This document shows, piece after piece, positions 38,039 to 48,293 of a stretch of DNA of 64,000 nucleotides. Made by a program: the position numbers and the translations under genes. The number at the start of each line of letters is the position of its first letter. Position 1 is the first letter of the stretch. Location: assembly GCA_964608215.1 (NCBI GenBank), contig CAZSMV010000002.1, positions 1,913-65,912 of the forward strand. Direction: 5' to 3'. A model generated the notes under the pieces. It saw nothing but the letters and a program-made list of their open reading frames with translations, did no database searches and was not told the DNA's origin. Source of the DNA: an uncultured Staphylococcaceae bacterium. Its GTDB lineage: Bacteria > Bacillota_I > Bacilli_A > RFN20 > CAG-826.

Positions 38039-39211
38039 TTATTTTTTATTTAATAAATCAAGATTTTTATTTATTAAATTAATTCTTTGTTCAACTGAAT
38101 CGTGACTTCTATAGGCATCACAAGGAGAAGAGAAACAATAATCTAACATCTTTTCTTCAGTAGTTTTTAATACATGAAGTCTTGTATCACAAGAACCATA
38201 ATAAACTAAGATAGTTCCATCTTTTAGTTTTACTGCACCATTTGTGAAAACTACATTATTAACATCTCCGACTCTTTCTTCTTTAAGCGGTGCTAAGAAG
38301 TACCCACTTGGTTTAGCAATTACTTTGCTTGGATCTTTTAAGTCTGTTACAAATACATATAAGACATAACGTAATCCACTGGCTGTATTTCTAACGCCAT
38401 GAGCAAAATGTAACCATCCACGCGATGTTTTTATTGGAGTAGCTCCTGCTCCATTCTTACTTTCATAGATTGTATGATAAACTTTTTTATCGATGATTTT
38501 TTCTTCATCGATAACAGCATGAGTTATATCATTTGCAAGACCTAAACCAATTCCTTCGCCATCTCCTGTGTCAATAAATCCTGACATTGGACGAGTATAG
38601 AACGCATATTTACCATCTATGAATTCTGGATGGAGAACAACATTTCTTTGTTGAGGAGATCTTAAAGTTTTTAAATTAGCCAATCTTTCAAAGTACACTA
38701 AATCTTTTGTTCTAACAATTCCACATTCAGCAATGGCAGCGCTTGTATCTTTGCTTGTATCATCATGAGATTCAGAACAGAATGTACCATAGATATAACC
38801 ATCCTCATGTTTTGTTAAACGCATATCATATACATCAACTTCATTTTTAACAGTGTCATCTAATAAAATTGGATATTTATCAAATCTAAAATTATCAATT
38901 CCATTTTTGCTACGAGCTACTGCAAAGAAGGATTTTCTATCTTTACCCTCAATTCTGACTACTAAACAAACTTCGCCATTTAACACAATTGCTCCTGAGT
39001 TAAAAGTTGAATTAATACCAAGTCTTTCTAAGAAATATGGATTAGTTGTGGAGTCTAAATCAAATCGCCATTCAACTGGAACCGAATCTCTTGTAAGTAC
39101 TGGATTTTTATATCGTACAAATAATGGATTATCCTCGACTACTTCTTCATTTTTTCTTGAAAGATATTTTTCTTGTTTTTCTTTTAAAACATAATATTTT
39201 TCATGTATCAT
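38039..39211 (-). CDS. GH130 beta-mannoside phosphorylase, subfamily-1-like (4-O-beta-D-mannosyl-D-glucose phosphorylase candidate)
   Basis: 390 aa. The N-terminus and blocks ([45 protein letters not shown]) resemble Bacteroides/Ruminococcus mannosylglucose phosphorylases as I recall them. It is adjacent to the epimerase. Confidence 0.75.
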   Translation of the reverse strand: MIHEKYYVLKEKQEKYLSRKNEEVVEDNPLFVRYKNPVLTRDSVPVEWRFDLDSTTNPYFLERLGINSTFNSGAIVLNGEVCLVVRIEGKDRKSFFAVARSKNGIDNFRFDKYPILLDDTVKNEVDVYDMRLTKHEDGYIYGTFCSESHDDTSKDTSAAIAECGIVRTKDLVYFERLANLKTLRSPQQRNVVLHPEFIDGKYAFYTRPMSGFIDTGDGEGIGLGLANDITHAVIDEEKIIDKKVYHTIYESKNGAGATPIKTSRGWLHFAHGVRNTASGLRYVLYVFVTDLKDPSKVIAKPSGYFLAPLKEERVGDVNNVVFTNGAVKLKDGTILVYYGSCDTRLHVLKTTEEKMLDYCFSSPCDAYRSHDSVEQRINLINKNLDLLNKK

Positions 39212-39213
39212 AT

Positions 39214-40380
39214 CTACTCTTCTGCCTTTCTTATGATTTCAAAGCACATTCTTCCGTTATGATATGGGCATTTCCAAGGCTCAACAATTGGTCTATCTAA
39301 ATTTGGTTTATTATTTTCATCTAGACTGTAGAACCATTCAGAACCTTTTTTCTTATCTACAAAATATTCTTCAATTGCACTTAAAATGTTTTCTGCTAAC
39401 TTAAGGTCTTTATCATCATGATGCAATGAATATTGATATAAATATCCATTAACAGCTTCAGCCTCAACCCACCAAACTTTAGTTAAATCTTTTTTACCTC
39501 TTTCGCATTCATTAATGATAAATGGATGATAGTAGGCTCTATTTTTCACATATGAAGCTAAGTTAGTTGATATTACTTCTATTTCGCTAGTGATTTGTTT
39601 ATCATTAATAACTTCACTTGCTTCTAGAAGTAACCAACTTGCTTCAATTTCGTGACCATAACTTTCAAGATCAATGAGTGAATTAAAATTTTCATCAAAG
39701 AAGACTTCAAGTCTTGATTTTTCTTTGTTGTAAATCTTGTCAATAAGCATTCTTGTAACATAAATTAATGCATCTTTTACTTCTTTTGAAGGAATAAATT
39801 TTTGTAAAGCGGTGTATGCTTCGATAAGATGCAAGATTAAATTCATTGAATAGGTCGCATTAACGCCATTTTCGCTCAAAATATCATTATTTTTAAAACT
39901 GAAGTCGACATTTCCTTCTTCTAAATAATTTCCATCTTCTTTTTTACATTTAGTTTCAATTACATGAAATAAATTCATTGCAAGATTTTTTACTTTATCA
40001 CTCTTAGTAACTTCGTAATAGTAACTTAGAGCATAAATTGCAAAAGCGATGTTATAAGTGTGCTTAATATTTTCTAAAACATTACCTTTATAATCTAGAG
40101 ACCAATAAACACCTCCATAAGTGGTATCTACTGCTTCACACATGAACTTGTAAGCATGTGATGCTAATTCTTTAGCTTCTTCATCTTTAAAAGTTAAATA
40201 ATATTCAGAGAAGAAATAAAGTATTCTAGAATTTAATGTAACGCCTTTTTTATATTTTTTGTCGACATTCAAAGAAGAATCAACATAGCCAAAAAATCCC
40301 CCATTTTCTTCATCTTTTAAGTTTTTCCAAAAGGTAAATATATTTTTAGCAAGTTTTGTGGCTTCTTCTTTTAATCGCAT
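39214..40380 (-). CDS. N-acylglucosamine 2-epimerase superfamily protein (cellobiose/mannobiose 2-epimerase candidate)
   Basis: 388 aa with alpha/alpha-barrel style repeats (GGFFGY..., GGVYWS..., HxxE...W). It sits between two GH130 genes. Confidence 0.7.
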   Translation of the reverse strand: MRLKEEATKLAKNIFTFWKNLKDEENGGFFGYVDSSLNVDKKYKKGVTLNSRILYFFSEYYLTFKDEEAKELASHAYKFMCEAVDTTYGGVYWSLDYKGNVLENIKHTYNIAFAIYALSYYYEVTKSDKVKNLAMNLFHVIETKCKKEDGNYLEEGNVDFSFKNNDILSENGVNATYSMNLILHLIEAYTALQKFIPSKEVKDALIYVTRMLIDKIYNKEKSRLEVFFDENFNSLIDLESYGHEIEASWLLLEASEVINDKQITSEIEVISTNLASYVKNRAYYHPFIINECERGKKDLTKVWWVEAEAVNGYLYQYSLHHDDKDLKLAENILSAIEEYFVDKKKGSEWFYSLDENNKPNLDRPIVEPWKCPYHNGRMCFEIIRKAEE

Positions 40381-41393
40381 TTTCCATCTTCTCCATCTAA
40401 AGGATCAAGTCTTGAGTTATTTTTAATATATTCAAGAATTTCATCAACATATCCAAAAGCTAAGCCTACAAAAGTATCGGCACAGCCATAATATATAGCA
40501 ATTCTATTGGTATCTTGATCTTGAAGAGTTGCAACTGGGAAAGTTACATTATCAACAAAACCTTTTGTTTCATAATCTTTTACAGGTGTAAGCAAGAAAT
40601 TTTTGCATCTATATAAGACCTTGCTTGGTTCATCTTTATCTAAGATAGCTGCTGATAATGAATAAACAAATCCATTACAAGTTCTTGTAACTCCATGATA
40701 GAAAAGTAACCATCCATCAACAGTTTCAATAGGAGCTGGACCTGCACCAATTTTTAAATTTTCCCACCATTCGCTTGTTGGAGACATTATATGTCTATGA
40801 TGACCATAGAATTCTAAATCTTTTGAGTATGATAAGAATATATCTCCAAAAGCAGTGTGACTTGAATCACTTGGTCTAGAAAGTAATGCATAATAACCAT
40901 TTATTTTTCTAGGGAATAAAACAGCATTTCTATTAAATGGAATAAAAGGATTTTCTAATCTAACAAATTCTTTAAAATCTTTAGTTTTTGCTAAACCTAT
41001 ACTTGCTCCATAGAAGTTTGTACACCAGATTATATAGTAGGTATCTTCAACTTTAACAAGTCTAGGATCATAATCATAATATCCGTTAAAATCTTTACCA
41101 TTTTGATCTTTAAATTTAATAGGTTCTTTTTCAAATTCCCAAGAAAATCCGTTTTTCGATCTTCCTAAAAATAAATTAGGTACACCATTAACCTTTTCTC
41201 CTCTAAAAACTCCAATAAATCCATCTTCAAAAGGAACAACAGCTGAATTAAATATTCTATCAATTCCTTCAGCAGCTGGTCGAGTTGTTATAGGATTTTT
41301 TGAATAACGCCATATTGGCGAATCACCTTTTTCTTTTCTTTCTTCAAATGGAATATTTTTTAAAGAATATCCATTTACTAATACTTTTTTCAT
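40371..41393 (-). CDS. GH130 beta-1,4-manno-oligosaccharide (or mannosyl-GlcNAc) phosphorylase
   Basis: 340 aa. Blocks are NPITTRP, IFNSAVVPF, RNAVLFPRKING, GWLLFYHGV and IYYGCADT. It overlaps the epimerase start by 10 nt. Confidence 0.75.
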   Translation of the reverse strand: MKKVLVNGYSLKNIPFEERKEKGDSPIWRYSKNPITTRPAAEGIDRIFNSAVVPFEDGFIGVFRGEKVNGVPNLFLGRSKNGFSWEFEKEPIKFKDQNGKDFNGYYDYDPRLVKVEDTYYIIWCTNFYGASIGLAKTKDFKEFVRLENPFIPFNRNAVLFPRKINGYYALLSRPSDSSHTAFGDIFLSYSKDLEFYGHHRHIMSPTSEWWENLKIGAGPAPIETVDGWLLFYHGVTRTCNGFVYSLSAAILDKDEPSKVLYRCKNFLLTPVKDYETKGFVDNVTFPVATLQDQDTNRIAIYYGCADTFVGLAFGYVDEILEYIKNNSRLDPLDGEDGKCD

Positions 41394-41408
41394 TGTATAT
41401 ACCTAACC

Positions 41409-42380
41409 TTATTTAACTGCGCCACTTGTCATACCACTATAGATTTGTTTTTGTAAAACAATAAATACTACTATAGTTGGAACAATAGCCATAACTACCC
41501 CTGCACAAACAACGCCCCAATCGGTGTTTGTAGCACCATTCATCTTTTGTAAGAATGTAGAAACAGTATAATGGTCTGGCATATATAAACTTGGAATATA
41601 GAAATCATTATAGTAAGCAATACCTTTAATGATAACAACACAAGCAATTGCTGGTTTCATAAGTGGGAAAACAATTCTCCAGAAAATTTTCCAATAATTA
41701 CAACCATCAACTAAACCGGCTTCATCTAAATCTTTTGGAATTCCATCAAGGAATTGAATAAAGATATAAATTGAAATAATATCAGTTCCACCATAAAGAA
41801 GGATCAAAGCAAATGGTTGAGCACCTTCACTTGTTAATCCCATTTTTGAAATTAAACCGAAAACTGAAACTTGCATTGTAACACTTGGAATGATTGAAGC
41901 AATCAAGAAAAGTGCTCTTACGAGTTTTTTGCCTTTGAAATCAAAACGTGATAAAACGTATGAAACGAAAGCACCTGACATAACAGTAAAAACAATTGAA
42001 ATTGCAGCAATTCCCATTGTCCAAAGGAAGGCTTTTCCAAGAGTTGTAGGATTATAACTACTTAAAGATTGGAAATTCCAAGCAGATGGATGAACAACAC
42101 CATTTGCATCAGTGGTGAATCCAAAGTAATTTGACCACCTAAGTTGACTTGGGAACAAAAGTGGATTTGTACTGGTGATTTCAACATTATTTTTAAATGA
42201 TGATGTTAAAATAACATACATTGGTAACATAACAATAATTGCGGCAGCAATTAAAGTAACATACATTAAAATTGTTAAAACAATTTGTAGTGGAGTCTTT
42301 TTATATTTAACACTACTAGTTAAAGATTCTCTTGTACGTTCATAGTGTCTAAGTTGAACTTTTTCAATAAAACTATACAT
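41409..42380 (-). CDS. Carbohydrate ABC transporter permease
   Basis: Polytopic. The EAA loop is LDEAGLVDGCNYWKIFWRIVFPL. Confidence 0.85.
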   Translation of the reverse strand: MYSFIEKVQLRHYERTRESLTSSVKYKKTPLQIVLTILMYVTLIAAAIIVMLPMYVILTSSFKNNVEITSTNPLLFPSQLRWSNYFGFTTDANGVVHPSAWNFQSLSSYNPTTLGKAFLWTMGIAAISIVFTVMSGAFVSYVLSRFDFKGKKLVRALFLIASIIPSVTMQVSVFGLISKMGLTSEGAQPFALILLYGGTDIISIYIFIQFLDGIPKDLDEAGLVDGCNYWKIFWRIVFPLMKPAIACVVIIKGIAYYNDFYIPSLYMPDHYTVSTFLQKMNGATNTDWGVVCAGVVMAIVPTIVVFIVLQKQIYSGMTSGAVK

Positions 42381-42382
42381 AA

Positions 42383-43336
42383 TTAATCCTCAACTTTCTT
42401 TTCAACGACTTTTTGAATAATTGCAACAACACAAACAATAACTAACATAACAATACCTAAAGCAGCACCTAAGCCGATATCTTTATTAACGAAAGCAATG
42501 TTAATTGTCTTCATAATGAATGATTGTACAACAGAGTTATTAGGTTGCATGATATAAGGAATTTCAAAGACTTGAACTGCACCATTAACTGCTAAAATTA
42601 AATTTAAGAAAATAATTTTTTTAATTGATGGAAGAATAATATGAGTGAATTGTTTCCATTTATTTGCACCATCAATTTCGCTTGCTTCAATAGTATCACG
42701 AGAAATTGATTCCATACTACCAGCGAACATAACCATGTTATTTCCTAAATATCTCCAAACAGAAATCGCAGCTAAGATAATATTTGCTGACCAGAATGTT
42801 TGAAAGAAAGCTTTATCTGATTGGCCAAACATTTGTCTAATTGTATTAATAACACCGCCATCTGCACTTGGCCTTAAAATTAACAACCACATCAGAGAAA
42901 TTGCAACACCATTTAAAAGTGATGGAATGAAAATAACAGCTTTAAAGAAACTTGCACCTTTTGGTCTAAAATAGAAAATAGTAGCAAAATAAAGTGCAAG
43001 AGCGATTTGAACAAATGAACCTATAAGGTAGATACCAGAAACTTTTAATGGTTCCCAATATTCACTATTTGTAAAAATCTTATAATAATTATCTACATAA
43101 AGTTGATCAGCACCGAAAGCAACAAAAACAGGTTTTTTATCAGTAAAACCTTTCATGTGATACATAGAATATTTAACCATGTCTACAAGAGGAACATAGG
43201 TAAATAAAATAAGTAAGGTAAGAGGTATAGCTAAAAAGCAAATAATAAGCAAAATTCTTTCAGTCCTAAGCCTATTTGTACTATTAAGCTTTTTTGTCTC
43301 ACCATTATTAGGAGTAGTAGCTAGACTTTTCGCCAT
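42383..43336 (-). CDS. Carbohydrate ABC transporter permease
   Basis: Polytopic. The EAA loop is IEASEIDGANKWKQFTHIILP. Confidence 0.85.
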   Translation of the reverse strand: MAKSLATTPNNGETKKLNSTNRLRTERILLIICFLAIPLTLLILFTYVPLVDMVKYSMYHMKGFTDKKPVFVAFGADQLYVDNYYKIFTNSEYWEPLKVSGIYLIGSFVQIALALYFATIFYFRPKGASFFKAVIFIPSLLNGVAISLMWLLILRPSADGGVINTIRQMFGQSDKAFFQTFWSANIILAAISVWRYLGNNMVMFAGSMESISRDTIEASEIDGANKWKQFTHIILPSIKKIIFLNLILAVNGAVQVFEIPYIMQPNNSVVQSFIMKTINIAFVNKDIGLGAALGIVMLVIVCVVAIIQKVVEKKVED

Positions 43337-43362
43337 ATTTTTTTATCCTTTCTATAAATGCG

Positions 43363-43399
43363 AAAGGACCACAGGCCAATTATATGCAGGTGGTCCTTT
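43363..43399 (-). terminator. Intra-operon hairpin after the SBP gene
   Basis: A 10-bp stem AAAGGACCAC/GTGGTCCTTT lies between the SBP and permease genes, with a weak U-tract. Confidence 0.5.
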
Positions 43400-43413
43400 G
43401 AAATATTTTTATA

Positions 43414-44778
43414 TTATTTCTTAATTAAACTTGAAACTTTATCGACTGCTTGCGACCATTTTGCATTCCAATCAGAGCATAATGCATCAAATGCTTTAAG
43501 TTTTTCGCTATATGAACCATTTGTTGATGCAACGGTGACTACTTTTGAAAATCTGCTTCCGCTATCGTATAATTTTAAGCCGGAAACATCTTCAATTTTA
43601 CCAATAATACCTGTATATGCAGTTTTTGCTGGGCCTTGAACAATAAATTCACAATTTTCAAATGCTTCCAATCCATCAGGCATTGCATCTTTTGCCATAA
43701 GTGAGATACCACCTTCGGCTTGAGCATAACCAGATTCTTCAACCATGAAGGTAACAAATTTCTTGGCTGCTTCTTGGTGTTTTTTATCAATGTTACTTGA
43801 AATACCATATGCATAATCACTACCACTAGCTGCATAGTGTTTTCCGTTTGAGGCAGTTAATGGGAATGGCATATAACCGATATCATCTGGACAATCGCCT
43901 GCATCTTTAAATTGACTTATAGACCAGTTTCCCATGACCATACATCCAATTTGTCCTTGATTAATTTTGACTTTTGAACCTTCCCAATCAGTAGTATTGT
44001 GATCTTCTTCTGTAAGTCCTTTAGCCATTAAATCGAAATATAATTTGGTGCCAATGTAGTGAGCATCATTAGAATCTTTTTTCCATGCATTCTTATCTTC
44101 ACACATTGTATTATTTCGATAATCGCTATCTCCAGTTGTCAATCCGCCACTTAAGTGATCTTCCCATTGATCTGAAGTCCAACCATCTTTAGCATTTGTG
44201 TAATAAGGAATACAATCTTTTGCTTTTCCATTGTTTGAATCTTTTATTTTTTGCATTGCTTCTAAGAATTGCTCTGGAGTTTTGATATTTGCTGCATCAA
44301 CACCTGCATCTTTGAAGACTTGTTTGTTATAAGCAATACCACTAACGTTATTCATTGATGGTAAACCATAAACTTCACCATCATAATATTTTGAATATAA
44401 ATAACCATTTCGATATTTTCCAGTTGCTTCTAAATCTGTTGCTTTTCCAAATGATATATAATAATTTGGAAGTTGTTCTGTATCAGTGATTGTAATCATT
44501 GAAACATCGCCATAATCTCCGGCTGTTAACATTTTTTCAAGATCACCTGAATAGTCCTTCATTGTTTTGACTTGTACAGTGATTTTTGGATATTTTTCAT
44601 TAAACTTTGCAATGTATTTTGCGAAAGTTCCATTTGAGTCAAGATCTGTACGGTTCGATAAGAACTTGATTGTTACTGGACCACTAAGGTCTTCATCACC
44701 TCCATTATTGCAACCTACTAAACTTACGATTGCAAGGGCTGACAAAAGACAAGTCGTCAATTTGAATTTTTTATTCAT
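43414..44778 (-). CDS. Carbohydrate ABC transporter substrate-binding lipoprotein
   Basis: The lipobox is SLVGC, followed by a family-1 SBP. It is the first gene of the operon. Confidence 0.85.
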   Translation of the reverse strand: MNKKFKLTTCLLSALAIVSLVGCNNGGDEDLSGPVTIKFLSNRTDLDSNGTFAKYIAKFNEKYPKITVQVKTMKDYSGDLEKMLTAGDYGDVSMITITDTEQLPNYYISFGKATDLEATGKYRNGYLYSKYYDGEVYGLPSMNNVSGIAYNKQVFKDAGVDAANIKTPEQFLEAMQKIKDSNNGKAKDCIPYYTNAKDGWTSDQWEDHLSGGLTTGDSDYRNNTMCEDKNAWKKDSNDAHYIGTKLYFDLMAKGLTEEDHNTTDWEGSKVKINQGQIGCMVMGNWSISQFKDAGDCPDDIGYMPFPLTASNGKHYAASGSDYAYGISSNIDKKHQEAAKKFVTFMVEESGYAQAEGGISLMAKDAMPDGLEAFENCEFIVQGPAKTAYTGIIGKIEDVSGLKLYDSGSRFSKVVTVASTNGSYSEKLKAFDALCSDWNAKWSQAVDKVSSLIKK

Positions 44779-44844
44779 AGATAATTTCTCCCTTCCTAAG
44801 TAAATTTTTTACTTAATTTTTTGTCTATGATTTAACTTACGACC

Positions 44845-44874
44845 ATTATAATTTGTTATTTTTTAAGCTGTCAA
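44845..44874 (-). promoter_or_regulatory. Consensus promoter of the manno-oligosaccharide operon
   Basis: The minus strand reads TTGACA, an 18-nt spacer and TATAAT. Confidence 0.65.
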
Positions 44875-44881
44875 CATAAAA

Positions 44882-44895
44882 TGTAAGCCCTTTCA
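44882..44895. promoter_or_regulatory. cre-like/LacI-family operator upstream of the -35
   Basis: TGTAAGCCCTTTCA. Read in the gene's direction it is TGAAAGGGCTTACA, the same GGGC-centred variant as 12690-12703. Confidence 0.5.
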
Positions 44896-45146
44896 TTGAA
44901 AAACATTTCTTTTAGAAAAAAATGCAATAAATAAATAAAAAAATTAACTTTAAAAAAAGAATTTAATCATTTAAATTAGCTATTTTTAAATCTTAATATT
45001 CTAAATAACGTTGATTATATCTCGACAAATGCTTTTTTATAATTGTTAAGCAATTTAAGTAAACAAAATTAAAAAGAACTAAATTTTTAATAAACCATAA
45101 TTTAAAATCAATTAAACTATAACAAACGATATAAAACATTTGAATA

Positions 45147-45162
45147 AACTAAAAATTTAGTT
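45147..45162. promoter_or_regulatory. Near-perfect AT-rich palindrome upstream of the GH36 gene (possible operator)
   Basis: AACTAAAAATTTAGTT. Related AACTAAATTT and TTAAACT repeats occur between 45077 and 45205. Confidence 0.3.
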
Positions 45163-45226
45163 AAATTTAGTTTGTCATTTACTTAAAAATCAGTTAAACT
45201 AATTTTAAATTAAAGTGAGGAAAGCT

Positions 45227-47317
45227 ATGAATAAAGAAAAAGTAGTTTTAACTTCTAAAGAAAATATTCTTGTTTTTCAAAATATTGAAAATGATTTTCG
45301 TCTTGTTTATATCGGGAAAAAAGAAAAATATAAGAATAAAGTTAAAGAAAATGTTGATTTAATTATTAAAAAAAATAGAGCAAAATCATCTTGCACACTT
45401 TTTTCTCAATATGGAACAAGTGATTTTAGATCTCCATCTGTATTAATAAGGTCAAGTATTGGCTCTTATTCAACTAATTTTAAATGTAAAAAGATACTTA
45501 AAAATAATTTAGATATATTTAAAGAATTAAAAGGCAAGGTTAAAGAAACTTTATCTTTTATATATTTTGATGAATTTTTGAATAGTGAATTAAGCTTAAA
45601 TTTTGCTTCATTTAAAGATGTGAATGGTTTTGTTTCTTTTTCTGAACTAACTAATTTTGGAGATAAAATAGAGATTAATAAATTAGCATCTTTTCAATAT
45701 GAAATCTTTAAGGATAGTTTAAAAGTTGTAACTTTCGATGGAACTTGGCATGATGAACGTAATTATCATGAAACGCTTTTAAAAGGTGGAAGGTTAGAAG
45801 TTGATTCATTTACTGGCACATCAAGCAGTTACCACAATCCATTTGTTATGTATAATATAGATAATAATAGTATTCTTTCTACAAATTTAATTTATAGTGC
45901 AAACCATAAGACTTCAATTGAAATAGATGGGTATAAAAGAACAAGAATTGAAGTTGGTGTTAGCGATTTCTTATTTTCAAAAACTTTAGATAGAAATGAA
46001 AAGTATACTTCACCAATGTGTTTTTTCTCTTTTGGTTCTAACTATGATGAGATTATGAATAATAATCACAACTTTGTTTTGCATCATATTTTAGAAGATA
46101 AATATATTAAAGCTCCTAGATATATTCTTTTTAATTCTTGGGAAGGTGTTTATTTTGATTTTGATCACGACACTATTTTAAAGATGGCAAAAAAGAGCAA
46201 AGAACTTGGAGGAGAGCTTTTTGTAGTTGATGATGGTTGGTTTTATAAAAGAGATAATGAAAAATCTTCTCTTGGTGATTGGGAGGATTATGAAACTAAA
46301 ACTGGTGGTATTGTTAGATTAAGTGAAGAAATTAGGTCATTAGGCTTAAAATTTGGAATTTGGATGGAACCTGAAATGGTTTCAACAAATTCAAAACTCT
46401 ATAAAGAACATGAAGATTATGTTTTAAAAATTCCAGGAAAGGAACCAATATTTGAACGTTGGCAACTGCATTTAGATTTATCTAAAAAAGAAGTTCAAGA
46501 TTATATTTATGGGAAGATTGCTAATGTTTTAAAGACAACAAAAGCAAGTTATTTGAAGTGGGATTATAATCGTAACTTTACGGATATCTATAAAAATGGT
46601 GAGACTAAAGGCTATTTTAATGATTATATTGAAGGTTTTAATGCGCTTTTAAAAAGATTAAGAAAAGATTTTAGCGATGTCATTTTTGAAGGTTGTGCCT
46701 CTGGTGGTTCTCGATTTGATTTAGGAATGCTTAGATACTTTTCGCAAATTTGGACAAGTGATAATAATGATGCTCTAGATAGATATAAAATTGAATCTTC
46801 GACTTTGTTAGCATATCCAAGTAGTGTTATGTGTTGTCATTTATGCGCAATGAAAAACAACGATACAAAGCGTACTTTTTCAACTATGGATCGATTTAAT
46901 ATAGCATTAATGGGTAATTTAGGATATGAATTAAATCCATTAAAACTTACAAAAAAAGAGGAAAAAGAAATTAAAGAATTAAATAAATATTATAAAGAAA
47001 ATAGAAATTTCTTAAATAGTGCAAAATGCGTAACTTTAGGCGATACATTTAATAAAAATTACGGCGGAATAATTTTTATTGGTCGGAAGAAAGCTATCGC
47101 TATATTAGTCACAAATGAATTTGAAGCGACTATATGCTTAAAAGGACTTAATGTGACTGGTAAATATTATTGCTTAGAAGATGGGGAAACTTATTTAGGT
47201 AGTGATTTAGTATATAAAGGAATTTATTTAAATGCTAAAGACACAAAATATACTTTTAAAACCAAAAGAATGACTTTAATTGAAAAAGATATTAAGGAGG
47301 AAAATATTAATGGCTAA
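45227..47317 (+). CDS. GH36 alpha-galactosidase
   Basis: Motifs are FVVDDGWF, YLKWDYNR and CASGGSRFD. ATG at 45227 follows GAGGAAA; the track starts at an upstream GTG (45215). Confidence 0.85.
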   Translation: MNKEKVVLTSKENILVFQNIENDFRLVYIGKKEKYKNKVKENVDLIIKKNRAKSSCTLFSQYGTSDFRSPSVLIRSSIGSYSTNFKCKKILKNNLDIFKELKGKVKETLSFIYFDEFLNSELSLNFASFKDVNGFVSFSELTNFGDKIEINKLASFQYEIFKDSLKVVTFDGTWHDERNYHETLLKGGRLEVDSFTGTSSSYHNPFVMYNIDNNSILSTNLIYSANHKTSIEIDGYKRTRIEVGVSDFLFSKTLDRNEKYTSPMCFFSFGSNYDEIMNNNHNFVLHHILEDKYIKAPRYILFNSWEGVYFDFDHDTILKMAKKSKELGGELFVVDDGWFYKRDNEKSSLGDWEDYETKTGGIVRLSEEIRSLGLKFGIWMEPEMVSTNSKLYKEHEDYVLKIPGKEPIFERWQLHLDLSKKEVQDYIYGKIANVLKTTKASYLKWDYNRNFTDIYKNGETKGYFNDYIEGFNALLKRLRKDFSDVIFEGCASGGSRFDLGMLRYFSQIWTSDNNDALDRYKIESSTLLAYPSSVMCCHLCAMKNNDTKRTFSTMDRFNIALMGNLGYELNPLKLTKKEEKEIKELNKYYKENRNFLNSAKCVTLGDTFNKNYGGIIFIGRKKAIAILVTNEFEATICLKGLNVTGKYYCLEDGETYLGSDLVYKGIYLNAKDTKYTFKTKRMTLIEKDIKEENING

Positions 47318-48293
47318 AAAAGTTAAACTTGAAGATATTGCTAAAGCTCTTGATATATCTATTGTTTCTGTTTCTAAAACTTTAGCTAATAAGGGTGGCG
47401 TAAGCGAAGAAACAAAAAAGAAGATTCTTCAAACTGCAAAAGAAATGGGTTATATCAAAGAAGTTAAGGAAAAAGTTGGAGTTGGGAAGAAGATTTCAGT
47501 CGTTATTTCATCTAGATTTTTTAGTGACTCATCATTTTATTCCAATTTATATAGTGCGTTACTTACTCATTTAAATGATGAAGGTTATACGACCATTTTA
47601 GAAATGATAAGTTATGAAAATGAAAGAGAAAACTATATTCCTTCATCATTTAATAAAGAAACTTCTGGAATAATATTTATTGGAGAAATTTATCGTTCTT
47701 TAATAGATAAAGCAATTCAAAGTAACAAACCATTTTTATTTTTAGATTTTTATGATCCTGAATATAGCGATGTTGTAAGTGTACTTTCAGACTCTCTTGT
47801 TTCTAGTTATTTATTAACAAAACATTTAATAGATACAGGCGCGAAAAATATTGTTTATGTCGGTTCAATAAATGCGACTTCTTCTATTATGGATAGGTAT
47901 TTAGGTTATTGTAAAGCAATGGAAAAATCTGGATTGGGCCATTTTATTTCATATATAGAGGATAGGGATGATGATGGTGATTTTGTAGAGCTTAGTTTAC
48001 CAAACACTATTCCTGATGCTTATTTTTGTAATTGCGATGAAGTTGCTTTTAGATTAATTCAAAAATTAAGAGATTTAGGGTATTTGGTACCTAATAATGT
48101 CCAAGTTTGTGGTTTTGATGATTCTTTAATTTCTAGGCTTTCATCAATTAAAATTTCAACCGCTCATGTAGATATGGATTCAATGGCCGAAATGGCTACA
48201 GCTATAATCTCAAAATTAATTAATAACAAAAATGTAGCAAAGCAAAGAACATTGGTTCCTTGTGAAATTATTTTAAGGGATTCAACAAAATGA
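47310..48293 (+). CDS. LacI family transcriptional regulator
   Basis: The N-terminal HTH is VKLEDIAKALDISIVSVSKTLANKGGVSEETKKKI, followed by a periplasmic-binding-protein-like sugar domain. The RBS AAGGAGG precedes ATG 47310. Confidence 0.85.
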   Translation: MAKKVKLEDIAKALDISIVSVSKTLANKGGVSEETKKKILQTAKEMGYIKEVKEKVGVGKKISVVISSRFFSDSSFYSNLYSALLTHLNDEGYTTILEMISYENERENYIPSSFNKETSGIIFIGEIYRSLIDKAIQSNKPFLFLDFYDPEYSDVVSVLSDSLVSSYLLTKHLIDTGAKNIVYVGSINATSSIMDRYLGYCKAMEKSGLGHFISYIEDRDDDGDFVELSLPNTIPDAYFCNCDEVAFRLIQKLRDLGYLVPNNVQVCGFDDSLISRLSSIKISTAHVDMDSMAEMATAIISKLINNKNVAKQRTLVPCEIILRDSTK

